Source of the DNA: Deltaproteobacteria bacterium
Lineage (GTDB): Bacteria > Myxococcota > XYA12-FULL-58-9 > JABJBS01
Assembly: GCA_018668695.1 (NCBI GenBank)
Contig: JABJBS010000383.1
Span: forward strand, 16,753-80,752
Reading direction: 5' to 3'
Length of the DNA stretch: 64,000 nt
The translations under genes and the position numbers were made by a program. This document shows, piece by piece, positions 1 through 8,528 of this stretch (position 1 is its first letter; each line of letters opens with the position of its first letter). The notes beneath the pieces were generated by a model that was given only the letters and a program-made list of their open reading frames with translations, ran no database searches and was not told where the DNA came from.

Positions 1-733
1 CGCCGCCTTTGACTTCGGCGCTTTCGAGTTTCGTGCTGGTCATGACGTCGATGCCGCGCTTTTTATAGCACTTGGCCATTTCTTCACTTACTTCACGATC
101 TTCGAGCGGAAGTACGCGGTCGAGCATTTCGAGAACGGTACACTTGGTTCCAAAGCGTGAGTAAATCGACGCGAACTCCATGCCCACTGCTCCGGCACCC
201 AGAACGATCAAGGATTTGGGCGGGTCTTTGAGCTCAAGCGCTTCGTCAGAGCTAACAACGTGCTTGCCGTCGACTTTGAGAAAAGGGAGGTGGCGAGGAA
301 CGCTACCGGTAGCCAAAATAACATTTTTGGCCGTCAGCGTTTTACTGCCCTCATCTGATTCAACAACAACTTGTGTAGCTGATTTCAGACTACCGAATCC
401 TTTATGGACATCGATTTTGTTCTTTTTCATCAAGTACGCAACGCCTGCAGCACTTTTCGTAACAACCTTTTTACGGGCTTTTTGTGCAGCGGGGTAATGA
501 AACTCGATCTCTCCACTGATGAGCCCGTCTTTTTTTGCATGCTCTAATTCGCTGACGACGTCAGCAGAGTGCAAAAGACTCTTCGTGGGAATACAGCCTC
601 GTAGAAGACATGTGCCTCCCAGTTTACTGTCTTTTTCAACAATAGCCGTTTTTAACCCAAGGTGTGCACCGCGAATAGCAGCAACATAGCCACCAGGGCC
701 GGCTCCGATTACAATTAAATCATAGGTACTCAT
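1..733 (-). CDS. lpd: dihydrolipoyl dehydrogenase (E3 component), N-terminal ~244 aa; 3' end lies beyond the window start
   Basis: Reverse-strand translation from ATG (revcomp of cat at ~731-733) gives MSTYDLIVIGAGPGGYVAAIRGAHLGLKTAIVEKDSKLGGTCLLRGCIPTKSLLHSADV... This is the FAD-binding GxGxxG plus redox-active CxxxxC motif of class I pyridine nucleotide-disulfide oxidoreductases (Lpd). Not in the ORF track because it runs off the window edge. Confidence 0.85.
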   Translation of the reverse strand, partial: MSTYDLIVIGAGPGGYVAAIRGAHLGLKTAIVEKDSKLGGTCLLRGCIPTKSLLHSADVVSELEHAKKDGLISGEIEFHYPAAQKARKKVVTKSAAGVAYLMKKNKIDVHKGFGSLKSATQVVVESDEGSKTLTAKNVILATGSVPRHLPFLKVDGKHVVSSDEALELKDPPKSLIVLGAGAVGMEFASIYSRFGTKCTVLEMLDRVLPLEDREVSEEMAKCYKKRGIDVMTSTKLESAEVKGG

Positions 734-881
734 AGCGCCAAGCTCTTACCGCGAGCGCACTCACTACGCAACGTCTGAATATCAATTTACACCCCTCTAT
801 CGTATGTGACACGAGGCCCTTGCTGCGCTACTCTGAAATACGGCTTTCGATATGTGAGCTGATGTTCAAACATGAAGAGGT

Positions 882-3449
882 ATGACCGAAATGAAGGTCT
901 TTACAATTATCCTCTGGGCACTCTTTAGTGCCCTTGGGTTTACAGGCTGTAGCACCGGCTCATCGACCGGTTGTGGTGACCAGGAAGATGCCTGCCAGGC
1001 AGGTTATATTTGCCAAGAATCATCCTGTTTACAGGTCTGTAATAGCTCAGAGGACTGTTTAAGTTCAGAAGCTTGCATCGATAATTTGTGCCAACGATAC
1101 GATGAATTTTGCAGTGTCTCCACTGACTGCGAATCGGGCTGGTATTGCCTTGAGGGCAGCTGCTCTCCTCAAACACCCCTTGGTCAGCAGTGCACGGAAG
1201 ACGAAGCTTGTGGTTCGGGGCACTGCGTCGAGGGTTTATGCTGCGATGCGTTGTGTGATGGCGATTGCATGGCCTGCACCAACGCAGAAACCGGTGAGCT
1301 CACCGGCAGTTGTTCGCCGACTCTTTCGGGCCAAGATCCTGCAGATATTTGTGCAGGCCCGCTCGCCTGTGACGGTACCGGCAGCTGCTTTAATAAAGGT
1401 GAGGGCGAGAGTTGCCAGGAAAACTATGAGTGCATCTCTGGCGAATGCGATGAGGGTTATTGCTCACCGCCGTCATGTGGAAATGCAGATGTACAAGTGG
1501 GCGAAGATTGTGACGACGGCAACATGATCGATGATGGTAACGGTTGTTCTGAGGACTGCGAACGCAATGATGTTTGTGGAAACGCCATCAATGAGTTTCT
1601 TTATGAGACATGCGATGACGGAAATACGACCGATGGAGATTACTGTTCAAGCGATTGCCAAGAAGTCACAGGGCTTTGCGGGGATGGGGTCATTCAGATC
1701 AACGAAGAGTGTGATGATGGAAACGACGTTGATGACGGCAATGGCTGTTCCGTGGAGTGCTTAGCAAACCATACTTGTGGAAACGGAGTGCTGGAGAGCG
1801 CCATTGAGCTTTGCGATGATTTTAACACAGAGGCCGGTGATTATTGCTCTTCGGATTGCCTGGAGGTTACCGGGTTTTGCGGGGATGATTTGGTTCAGAC
1901 CAATGAAGAGTGTGACGATGCCAACGACATTGATGATGGCAACGGTTGCAGCGCGATGTGCATTAATAACTCTGATTGCGGTAACAATGTTGTCGAGTCG
2001 TATTTTGAGTCATGTGATGATGGCAATAATACAGACGATGGCAACGGTTGCAGTGAGACCTGTGACCGGCTGGGTCTTTGCGGTGACGGCGTTTTGGACG
2101 AGGCCTTCGAGGCGTGTGACGACGGTAACAACAACGGCGATGATTATTGCGACGCTCTTTGTGAAACAGTCACAGGGTTTTGCGGGGATGGCGCAACACA
2201 AGGCAATGAGGCTTGTGATGACGGCAATACACTCAACGGAGACTATTGCAGCGCCGACTGCCTCTTGCAGATTGGTAGCTGCGGCGACGGCGTGATCCAG
2301 CTTAATGAAACATGTGACGACGGCGATGCGGTTGCCGGTGATGGCTGCTCCAGTGAATGTTCCGTTGAACCGTTTTTTACATGCGCCCAAAGCGCACCGT
2401 ACAGCTGCACACGTGTCGTATTTGTTGATCCCTCGGCAAATGGATCAAACGACGGCAGTAGCTGGGACAATGCATACAACACTCTTCAACCTGCTTTAGA
2501 CACTTCTTCAGGCTTTTTCATAACATATGGCTACAACGAAGTATGGCTTGCCAACGGTGTTTACCGGCCTTCGGAAACCCTTGATTCAAGTGATGGCAGA
2601 ACACGAACCTTTGAAGCCAACACTGGCCTGGTTTTACTTGGCGGATTCGCTGGAGGCGAAACAAACCATAAATCAAGAAGCCCTTTAATTTATGAGGCAG
2701 TGTTGTCTGGGGATTTCAATGTCACAGGTAACATCGATGGCAATGCTTACCATGTTGTGGTGGTTGGTTCAGACCAAACGCCGATTATCGACGGGGTCGT
2801 GATTGAGCAGGGCAATGCTGAAAGCGGCTGCATCAACTGCAACGATAAAGAGGGCGGCGGTCTATTAAATCTGGGGGGAAGTCCACAGATTTTGAATACC
2901 GTATTTCGAAATAATGAGGCGCCGGGTAATTTCGGTTATGGCGCGGCGATTTCCAATATTGGCGGCTCTCCAACTTTTGTAAATGTGTTGGTGCATAGCA
3001 ACGAAGGACATTCCGCGGCGATTCGAAATTATAATACAGAAGCAACCTTTATTAACTGCACTGTGGCCAACAACACGGCTCAAGAGCTTACTGGCGGGAT
3101 GATGAATACAAACGCCGAGGTAACGATTTCCAACTCGATTATTTGGGGCAATACCGCGCTGAATGGAAGCGCCGATCAGATCACGGGAACGTATGTTCCT
3201 GAAATTCGATATTCTGTGATCCCGGGCTTTTCGGGAAGCGGCAACATCTCGTCTGATCCGGGTTTAAATAGCAGTTATTATCCCTCAAATTCCTCTTGTA
3301 TTGATGGAGGAGCTTTTGTTTATCTTCCATTGGACAACACCAATACAGATGATGATTTATCATTCACGGAGCGTTTCCCAGTGGACTTAGCCGGGAATCA
3401 GCGAATCAGCGGTTCGGAAGTAGACATCGGCGCGCTTGAGCAATTTTAA
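882..3449 (+). CDS. secreted lipoprotein with ~10 tandem Myxococcus-type cysteine-rich repeats and a C-terminal parallel beta-helix-like domain
   Basis: Signal peptide with lipobox (LFSALGFTGCSTG). N-terminal EGF-like Cys spacing. Repeated ~30-aa unit CGDGVxxxxEECDDGNxxDGDGCSxxC (CDDGN/DDGNGCS motifs) from ~aa 200-505. C-terminal region VVFVDPSANGSNDGSSWDNAYNTLQPALD...NNEAPGNFGYGAAISNIGGSP is typical of right-handed beta-helix (pectate-lyase-like) repeats. Confidence 0.75.
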   Translation: MTEMKVFTIILWALFSALGFTGCSTGSSTGCGDQEDACQAGYICQESSCLQVCNSSEDCLSSEACIDNLCQRYDEFCSVSTDCESGWYCLEGSCSPQTPLGQQCTEDEACGSGHCVEGLCCDALCDGDCMACTNAETGELTGSCSPTLSGQDPADICAGPLACDGTGSCFNKGEGESCQENYECISGECDEGYCSPPSCGNADVQVGEDCDDGNMIDDGNGCSEDCERNDVCGNAINEFLYETCDDGNTTDGDYCSSDCQEVTGLCGDGVIQINEECDDGNDVDDGNGCSVECLANHTCGNGVLESAIELCDDFNTEAGDYCSSDCLEVTGFCGDDLVQTNEECDDANDIDDGNGCSAMCINNSDCGNNVVESYFESCDDGNNTDDGNGCSETCDRLGLCGDGVLDEAFEACDDGNNNGDDYCDALCETVTGFCGDGATQGNEACDDGNTLNGDYCSADCLLQIGSCGDGVIQLNETCDDGDAVAGDGCSSECSVEPFFTCAQSAPYSCTRVVFVDPSANGSNDGSSWDNAYNTLQPALDTSSGFFITYGYNEVWLANGVYRPSETLDSSDGRTRTFEANTGLVLLGGFAGGETNHKSRSPLIYEAVLSGDFNVTGNIDGNAYHVVVVGSDQTPIIDGVVIEQGNAESGCINCNDKEGGGLLNLGGSPQILNTVFRNNEAPGNFGYGAAISNIGGSPTFVNVLVHSNEGHSAAIRNYNTEATFINCTVANNTAQELTGGMMNTNAEVTISNSIIWGNTALNGSADQITGTYVPEIRYSVIPGFSGSGNISSDPGLNSSYYPSNSSCIDGGAFVYLPLDNTNTDDDLSFTERFPVDLAGNQRISGSEVDIGALEQF
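1477..2390 (+). repeat. diverged tandem coding repeats (~90-100 nt units) encoding the Cys-rich CDDGN..DDGNGCS modules
   Basis: Recurring DNA motifs such as gatgatggcaacggttgcagc (near 1929 and 2038), gatgacggcaatggctgttcc and gatgatggtaacggttgttct at roughly regular spacing. The periodicity is clearer at protein level. Confidence 0.6.
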
Positions 3450-3455
3450 AGCTGC

Positions 3456-5246
3456 TTATTTTAAGACCACCAGTGAAGTGGTGGGAGTGACAAGGACATC
3501 TTGAACCTTGGTCTCGCCCTTGGCGTCCCTAAACTCTAAAGAATAATTACCCGGTTCTAAACTAAGCCCGATCGTAGGTAGCTCGATGGGGGGTTGCCCC
3601 ATGATTCGAATGGTCTCAAACCGTGGACCGAGAATTGTGATGCCGGAAGTGAGGTTGGTTGGCAGCGGGAGGTCAAAGCTGTGGCGCTCGCGCTGAGCTT
3701 GGCACAGTTTGAAGAATTGAAGTGATTGCTCTGTTTGCGGAGCGTTGTTTCGATGTTTGTAAATTGAAGCCATCGAACCATGCAGCTCTGGATTATAGGG
3801 GTTTCGCAGTTTAACTTTGTCAAAGTGACCTTCGGCTGCATCATAACCTCCGCGCTTTAACTCGAGTCGCCCGGCCAGCAGGCGCCCATCAGTATCGTCG
3901 GGGTGAATCACAAAGGACTTTGTTAAAAGCGAAACGGCTTGGTCATCCTTGCCCATATGGGAATAAGCCTTGGCAAGTCGATAATTTAACGTTGGATAAC
4001 GTTCTCCAACTTCAAGGCGAGCTTTTTCGTATTCTATGGCCGCCGCCGCGTGCTTGTCTCGCATTTGGAGAAGCTCACCAAGACGCGAAAACCGCTGGGC
4101 GTCGGGATTGCTTAGAGCCTCAAGCGGGTCCTCTTCTTTACTGGACGCGTTTTTAGAATCTTTAAGGGCAATGGTCTGAGCCCGCGCGCCGGGTACCAAT
4201 GTGAACTTGCGCTTCTTCACCCAGTTTTGCCACTTTTTCTCGAGCCTACCGAGCCCGGACCCAAATACCTTTTTGAGAGCAGCTTCAAAGCCCAGCCCCG
4301 CACCCGTGAGCTCTAAAACTTTGGGGATACTGGACACACCATGAGTTTGTCGAAGGTACTCTACGACCGTGAAAACTTCGGCAAAGGCTAAAGCGGTAGC
4401 CTCCTGAGAGGGTAATTTGGCCATGGATGGATGCATTTGGTCAAAGGTAATGAAGGCTTTGTCGCGTGTAGCTTCCGCTAAAAGCTTCTCGCTAAAGGCA
4501 GTGAGGGCAAGCCCGGCTTCTCCGCGCCAAAGTGTCTCGTAATATTTAGCGATGCCTTCATGAAACCAAATTGGAATGGTGTTGCGTGATTTTTTTGAAA
4601 TGACCAAGTGGGTGAATTCATGAGCAATGGTATCGGCCCAGCTGTACCCGTTAGCGGTCCCCAGTGGGGATGTGATCATCAGCCGGTGGTATTTAGCCAC
4701 TGCAATAGTGCCGCTTGTTTCGATTTCACCAACAGTGAGCCCGGTGGCCGCCGCCAGGCCGAGGGCATCAGGGTAGATTTCGACGACGATTTTCTCATCC
4801 CGCTCTGCGGCGAGAAAGTCCAGGCCTCCCCCTATCTCTCGGTAAGCAGCTTCAAGGACGTCTTTGGCATAGGTAGCGGTGATGACATCTTTATCAATGT
4901 AGCGGATCTTAAAGTGTTTGGTCTCGAGCGTTTGAAAGTAAGGAGCGTAACGCGCGGTATCTTGAACACGGTCAAAGAGCCCGCCAATTTTAGGACCGCC
5001 GAGGGCTTGCGCTTTTTCTAAAAGACCCAGCGCGCTGAGGTGCTCGCCGCGAAAGTATTGTACCCGGCCGGCCAAGATGTACGCATCACTAGAACTTGGG
5101 TTTTCTAGGAGAAGCTCTTGGGCGAGAAGTTTAGCCTCTTCAAGTTGCCAAGCTTCCAAGAGCGCGTGCCCTTGGTTGACTGAGCCCAGAGCTATCTGGG
5201 GAATCAGCAGCGTTAAGAATAAAGCGATAGATAAGGTGCGCATCAT
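3456..5246 (-). CDS. secreted TPR-repeat protein with HExxH zinc-metallopeptidase-like motif
   Basis: N-terminal signal peptide (MMRTLSIALFLTLLIPQIALGS). HEFTHLV...WFHEGIAKYYE (HExxH plus a downstream Glu, gluzincin-like). TPR-like helical repeats in the N-terminal and C-terminal thirds. Start overlaps the upstream gene by ATGA (coupled). Confidence 0.5.
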   Translation of the reverse strand: MMRTLSIALFLTLLIPQIALGSVNQGHALLEAWQLEEAKLLAQELLLENPSSSDAYILAGRVQYFRGEHLSALGLLEKAQALGGPKIGGLFDRVQDTARYAPYFQTLETKHFKIRYIDKDVITATYAKDVLEAAYREIGGGLDFLAAERDEKIVVEIYPDALGLAAATGLTVGEIETSGTIAVAKYHRLMITSPLGTANGYSWADTIAHEFTHLVISKKSRNTIPIWFHEGIAKYYETLWRGEAGLALTAFSEKLLAEATRDKAFITFDQMHPSMAKLPSQEATALAFAEVFTVVEYLRQTHGVSSIPKVLELTGAGLGFEAALKKVFGSGLGRLEKKWQNWVKKRKFTLVPGARAQTIALKDSKNASSKEEDPLEALSNPDAQRFSRLGELLQMRDKHAAAAIEYEKARLEVGERYPTLNYRLAKAYSHMGKDDQAVSLLTKSFVIHPDDTDGRLLAGRLELKRGGYDAAEGHFDKVKLRNPYNPELHGSMASIYKHRNNAPQTEQSLQFFKLCQAQRERHSFDLPLPTNLTSGITILGPRFETIRIMGQPPIELPTIGLSLEPGNYSLEFRDAKGETKVQDVLVTPTTSLVVLK

Positions 5247-8200
5247 TTAATGAGCTCCTGGTAATATTTACGAACAGCTTCCTCGTAGTTTTGCGGAGCG
5301 TCTTGTTTCGCGGCGTCCAAGAGCTCTTCCCGGAAGGATGGTCCGCCGGCCTTGGTGTCGGCTCCTGGAAGCTCAACGTCTTCAGAGCGCATTTTTCGGC
5401 CTTGCCCTTTTTGATTATTTTTCTTCATCTGGCTGCTAAGTGGCAGCGGAATGCCCTGTCCTTGGCCTTGTGAAGATTGTTCAAATGCCTGCCGCATTTT
5501 CTTGAGTTGTTCGAGCGCCCGTTCACCGTGGTGGGATGCCTGTGGGAGTTGTCCTTCCCGGGTCTTGTTACCGGAGGCTTTCATTTCTTGACGAGCTGCC
5601 TGAAGCATTTGCATTGGCTCGCTACCAAAGAGCGGGACTTCTTGGGCGAGCTCTTGCATGCGCTGGCCCACCTCGCCGGCTTGCTCATGGAGCTCGTCCT
5701 GCTTTTGGGCCATTTGTTGCAAATCTTGCATCTCGTCTTGGGTGAGCACGTCTTCGGGGTCTGGGAAAAGCTCTTCGAGAAGCTCCCTGATCTCTTGCAC
5801 TGTTTCGACAAGCTTTTTACCAGAAGCAGTTAGCTTGCGGCTTTCTTGTTCAGGAAGAACGTTTCGCCCTTGGGTCTGCCGGCTTATGCGGGTTCGCAAG
5901 TTGTTTGCATATTGCAGGGCGCTTCCAGAAAGCTTGAGGCTCTCAGAAAAGTCTTTTTGCTCAATCAGCAGTTGGAGATCCATGAGCCGCTCTCGAAGGC
6001 CGGTAAGTTGTCGCTGAGCAAAGGCGGAGAGGAACTCTTTGGTGGCGAGAAAGTCGACCTCACCTTGCGCGGTGACAATCAGCCCGAGCAATTTCTCGGA
6101 GAGTGCGTCTGGGTTTTTACCAGCCTTTTTCATGGCGCGCTCGCGGTAGCGTTCCACCATCTCGTCGGTCCGGGTCTTCAGAGCTTTTTGTTGTTGCTCA
6201 AGCCCTTCGAACTCTTGCGCGAATTTTTCCATGTTTTCGCGAAGCTCGTCATACTTCTCACCGCCGTAGCTCTCTCCGGCATCGTCGATGGATTCGACCA
6301 TCTGCTCGATCATATTCGCAAGCTGCTCAAGCTCTTGAGCGGCGCCTTCTAAATCGCCAGATTTGAGCATCTCCTCGAGGCGCCCCAATTGGTCATCGAC
6401 CTTGAGCATAGAAGCCGATTCCATGTTGCGGTACTCGCCGGGTAGAGTTTTCTTGATCTGACTCATCCGGTTTAAGAGCTCTAGCATCTGCTTGCGCAGG
6501 CTTTCGATTCGCGCCTCAAGTTCCTGCTTGAGTTTGGGGTCTTGGGTGTTTCGAAACGCATCGAGAAGCCCTTGAAGCTCTTTTTGGTTGGACAAGAGGT
6601 CTGCGGCGGTTTGCTTAAGGTCTTGGATTCGGCCCAAGGCGAGAAGGTCATCGAGGTAAGCGATGTCGTTCTCAAGCTTCGGTATGAACCGGCTTTGGGT
6701 GGTGGTGACCAGATTCAAAGCACTGCGTATTGAACTGACGTGCTCTTGGCGTTTGATTGCGTTTTCTCTGGCGCTAAGGGCCTGGGCGACTCGCTCTTGA
6801 GTGTTTTTAAAGGCTGCAATGGTGTCAGGCGCTGAGAGTGTATCTGCGCTGAGGTCAGCGGCGAGCTTGGTGAGATCTGCGTAAACGGTTTGGAGTAAGA
6901 CAAAGCCTGTTTTTTGGTCGGCGACCAAAGTCTCCATGTTTTTCCCGGCCGGCTGACTGGCCGCTGCAAAAGAAACGAGCTCGGAGGCAAGTAAGTCGAC
7001 AAGTTTGTCGAGCGCACCTTGAAGCTGGGCCTGAACCCGAGCGTGGTTTCTGCGCGCGCTGAAAATGGTGATTTTGCGGCGAGCGGATGTGGTTCGCTTG
7101 GGCCCGGTGACAGGGTCGTTGTCGATGGCTTCGAGGTAAATCACCACCCCATCATCAGATCCGAGGGCCTCTTTGCCGGGACGGTAAGTGTAGCGGCCTT
7201 CTCGAGCCTTGGCCTTTTGTTTCGGTCCAGCGAGAACAGTGCGGATGCCCGTCTCGGCGCCGGTGCTGCTCTCCACAATAAGGGCGACCTCACTGACGGC
7301 AAAATCGTCGCGAGCTCTCCAAAGAACCTGAACCGATTCGGTTTGCTTGATCTCTACATCGGAGGCGGGCGTATCCATGCTGATGGTGGGATGAGCATCC
7401 GCCTGAACCACAATGGGATACTCTCGGCGGCCGCGCTTTTGGTCACCTTCGGCGCTGGTGAGCGCGACATGATAGCGCCCATTCTCCATCACTGAGAACT
7501 GCGCTTGGAGTTGTCGTTCGTTTTTAATGGTTGCTGGAACCGTGCGGATGGGCTTCCCGGCTGTATTTAAGAGCACAAGAGACGCGGCTTCAACGGGTTC
7601 ATCCGCCACAGCTTCAAAAAGTACTTGGGTGGCGCGAAGTGTTTCGATTCTTCCGTCGCTGCCTTCGATGACCCGGGGGCTAAGCCCCGTGTAAGAGGGG
7701 TAATTGTAGGTGAGCCGCATGTCACCAACCAACGGAAGCTCGCTGATCTGAATGGTAGCATCGCCCGAGAGGTGCTGAACGAGTCGAGTGCGCCCCGCGT
7801 CGAGATTGGTGATTAAAGCGGCAGAGACTAAAAGTGCGGCGCCGCAGGCCAGAGGGGCCCAGCGATAAAGGCCTCCCAAATAATCGCTTACACGTTCCTC
7901 AAGAGAAACCTGGCTCAGTTTATGAGCAGTTTGTTCCACGTGTGCCCGCGCTAAAGATTCGGAAAACTGAGCGTTGGTTGTTGCGGAAACAAGTTCTTCC
8001 GAGAATTCAACGGCGCTGCTTGGCCCTGTTCCGAGGCTTGGCTCAAGTATTTGGGCAAACCGAGCAGTTTCTAAAACACTCTCAAGCCGGTCGATTTCAG
8101 GTTTGCGGTATCTAAACCAAAAATATCCGCCCAGCGGTATAGAAAGAGTTGCTAAGAGCAAAGATTTGGCTGCCGACAATCCCAGGTGCGTGAATAAAAC

Positions 8201-8341
8201 GGCAAAAGCGCTCACTAAAAATAGTAAGCCCAGCCCTAAGAGTCCAGCTTCGCGGATTAAATGAGTCCGTAAAGAATTTTGTAGCGACGAAAGCGTTCGC
8301 CGGATGGATTCAAATGTGGGCACTGAAACTCCCGAAAACAA
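5243..8341 (-). CDS. large (1032 aa) membrane-anchored coiled-coil protein of unknown function
   Basis: Two or three N-terminal hydrophobic helices (LLGLGLLFLVSAFAVLF; LLLATLSIPLGGYFWF; PLACGAALLVSAAL). Long E/Q/K/L-rich heptad regions from aa ~450-950. C-terminal Gly/Gln-rich tail. Translationally coupled (ATGA) to the downstream TPR/HExxH gene. Confidence 0.5.
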   Translation of the reverse strand: MFSGVSVPTFESIRRTLSSLQNSLRTHLIREAGLLGLGLLFLVSAFAVLFTHLGLSAAKSLLLATLSIPLGGYFWFRYRKPEIDRLESVLETARFAQILEPSLGTGPSSAVEFSEELVSATTNAQFSESLARAHVEQTAHKLSQVSLEERVSDYLGGLYRWAPLACGAALLVSAALITNLDAGRTRLVQHLSGDATIQISELPLVGDMRLTYNYPSYTGLSPRVIEGSDGRIETLRATQVLFEAVADEPVEAASLVLLNTAGKPIRTVPATIKNERQLQAQFSVMENGRYHVALTSAEGDQKRGRREYPIVVQADAHPTISMDTPASDVEIKQTESVQVLWRARDDFAVSEVALIVESSTGAETGIRTVLAGPKQKAKAREGRYTYRPGKEALGSDDGVVIYLEAIDNDPVTGPKRTTSARRKITIFSARRNHARVQAQLQGALDKLVDLLASELVSFAAASQPAGKNMETLVADQKTGFVLLQTVYADLTKLAADLSADTLSAPDTIAAFKNTQERVAQALSARENAIKRQEHVSSIRSALNLVTTTQSRFIPKLENDIAYLDDLLALGRIQDLKQTAADLLSNQKELQGLLDAFRNTQDPKLKQELEARIESLRKQMLELLNRMSQIKKTLPGEYRNMESASMLKVDDQLGRLEEMLKSGDLEGAAQELEQLANMIEQMVESIDDAGESYGGEKYDELRENMEKFAQEFEGLEQQQKALKTRTDEMVERYRERAMKKAGKNPDALSEKLLGLIVTAQGEVDFLATKEFLSAFAQRQLTGLRERLMDLQLLIEQKDFSESLKLSGSALQYANNLRTRISRQTQGRNVLPEQESRKLTASGKKLVETVQEIRELLEELFPDPEDVLTQDEMQDLQQMAQKQDELHEQAGEVGQRMQELAQEVPLFGSEPMQMLQAARQEMKASGNKTREGQLPQASHHGERALEQLKKMRQAFEQSSQGQGQGIPLPLSSQMKKNNQKGQGRKMRSEDVELPGADTKAGGPSFREELLDAAKQDAPQNYEEAVRKYYQELIK

Positions 8342-8528
8342 AACAACCTATTTGCACCATACGGCGGTTAGGCTGAGCCTGCAACGTATTGAGATTACGC
8401 GGGATCGGAAAAGATGTTGAAGAGTTTTGGGTTCTCACGGTTTGAGTGCTATGGCAAGCTTCCCAAATGTTTGAACTCCGGGGTGGATGGTTCAAATAAA
8501 GAAGTAGTAAGCTGGGGGGGAATGTATC

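Noticed and set aside
180-497. 105-aa plus-strand ORF in the ORF track
   Set aside because: It lies entirely antisense to the well-supported lpd coding sequence on the minus strand, and its translation is low-complexity with no motif.
1477-2390. Regular ~95-nt DNA periodicity that could be mistaken for a CRISPR-like array
   Set aside because: The repeats are imperfect, lack constant-length spacers, and are in-frame coding repeats of a single ORF.
1102-2499. Several ORFs on both strands inside the Cys-rich repeat gene (1102-1527, 1531-1764, 1777-2295, 2010-2390 and others)
   Set aside because: They are alternate-frame and antisense artefacts of the repetitive GC-rich coding sequence, and the main frame has a coherent repeat architecture.
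5477-6366. Plus-strand ORFs of 118-168 aa overlapping the 1032-aa minus-strand gene
   Set aside because: They are antisense to a long uninterrupted ORF with strong coiled-coil periodicity, and have no RBS or motif.
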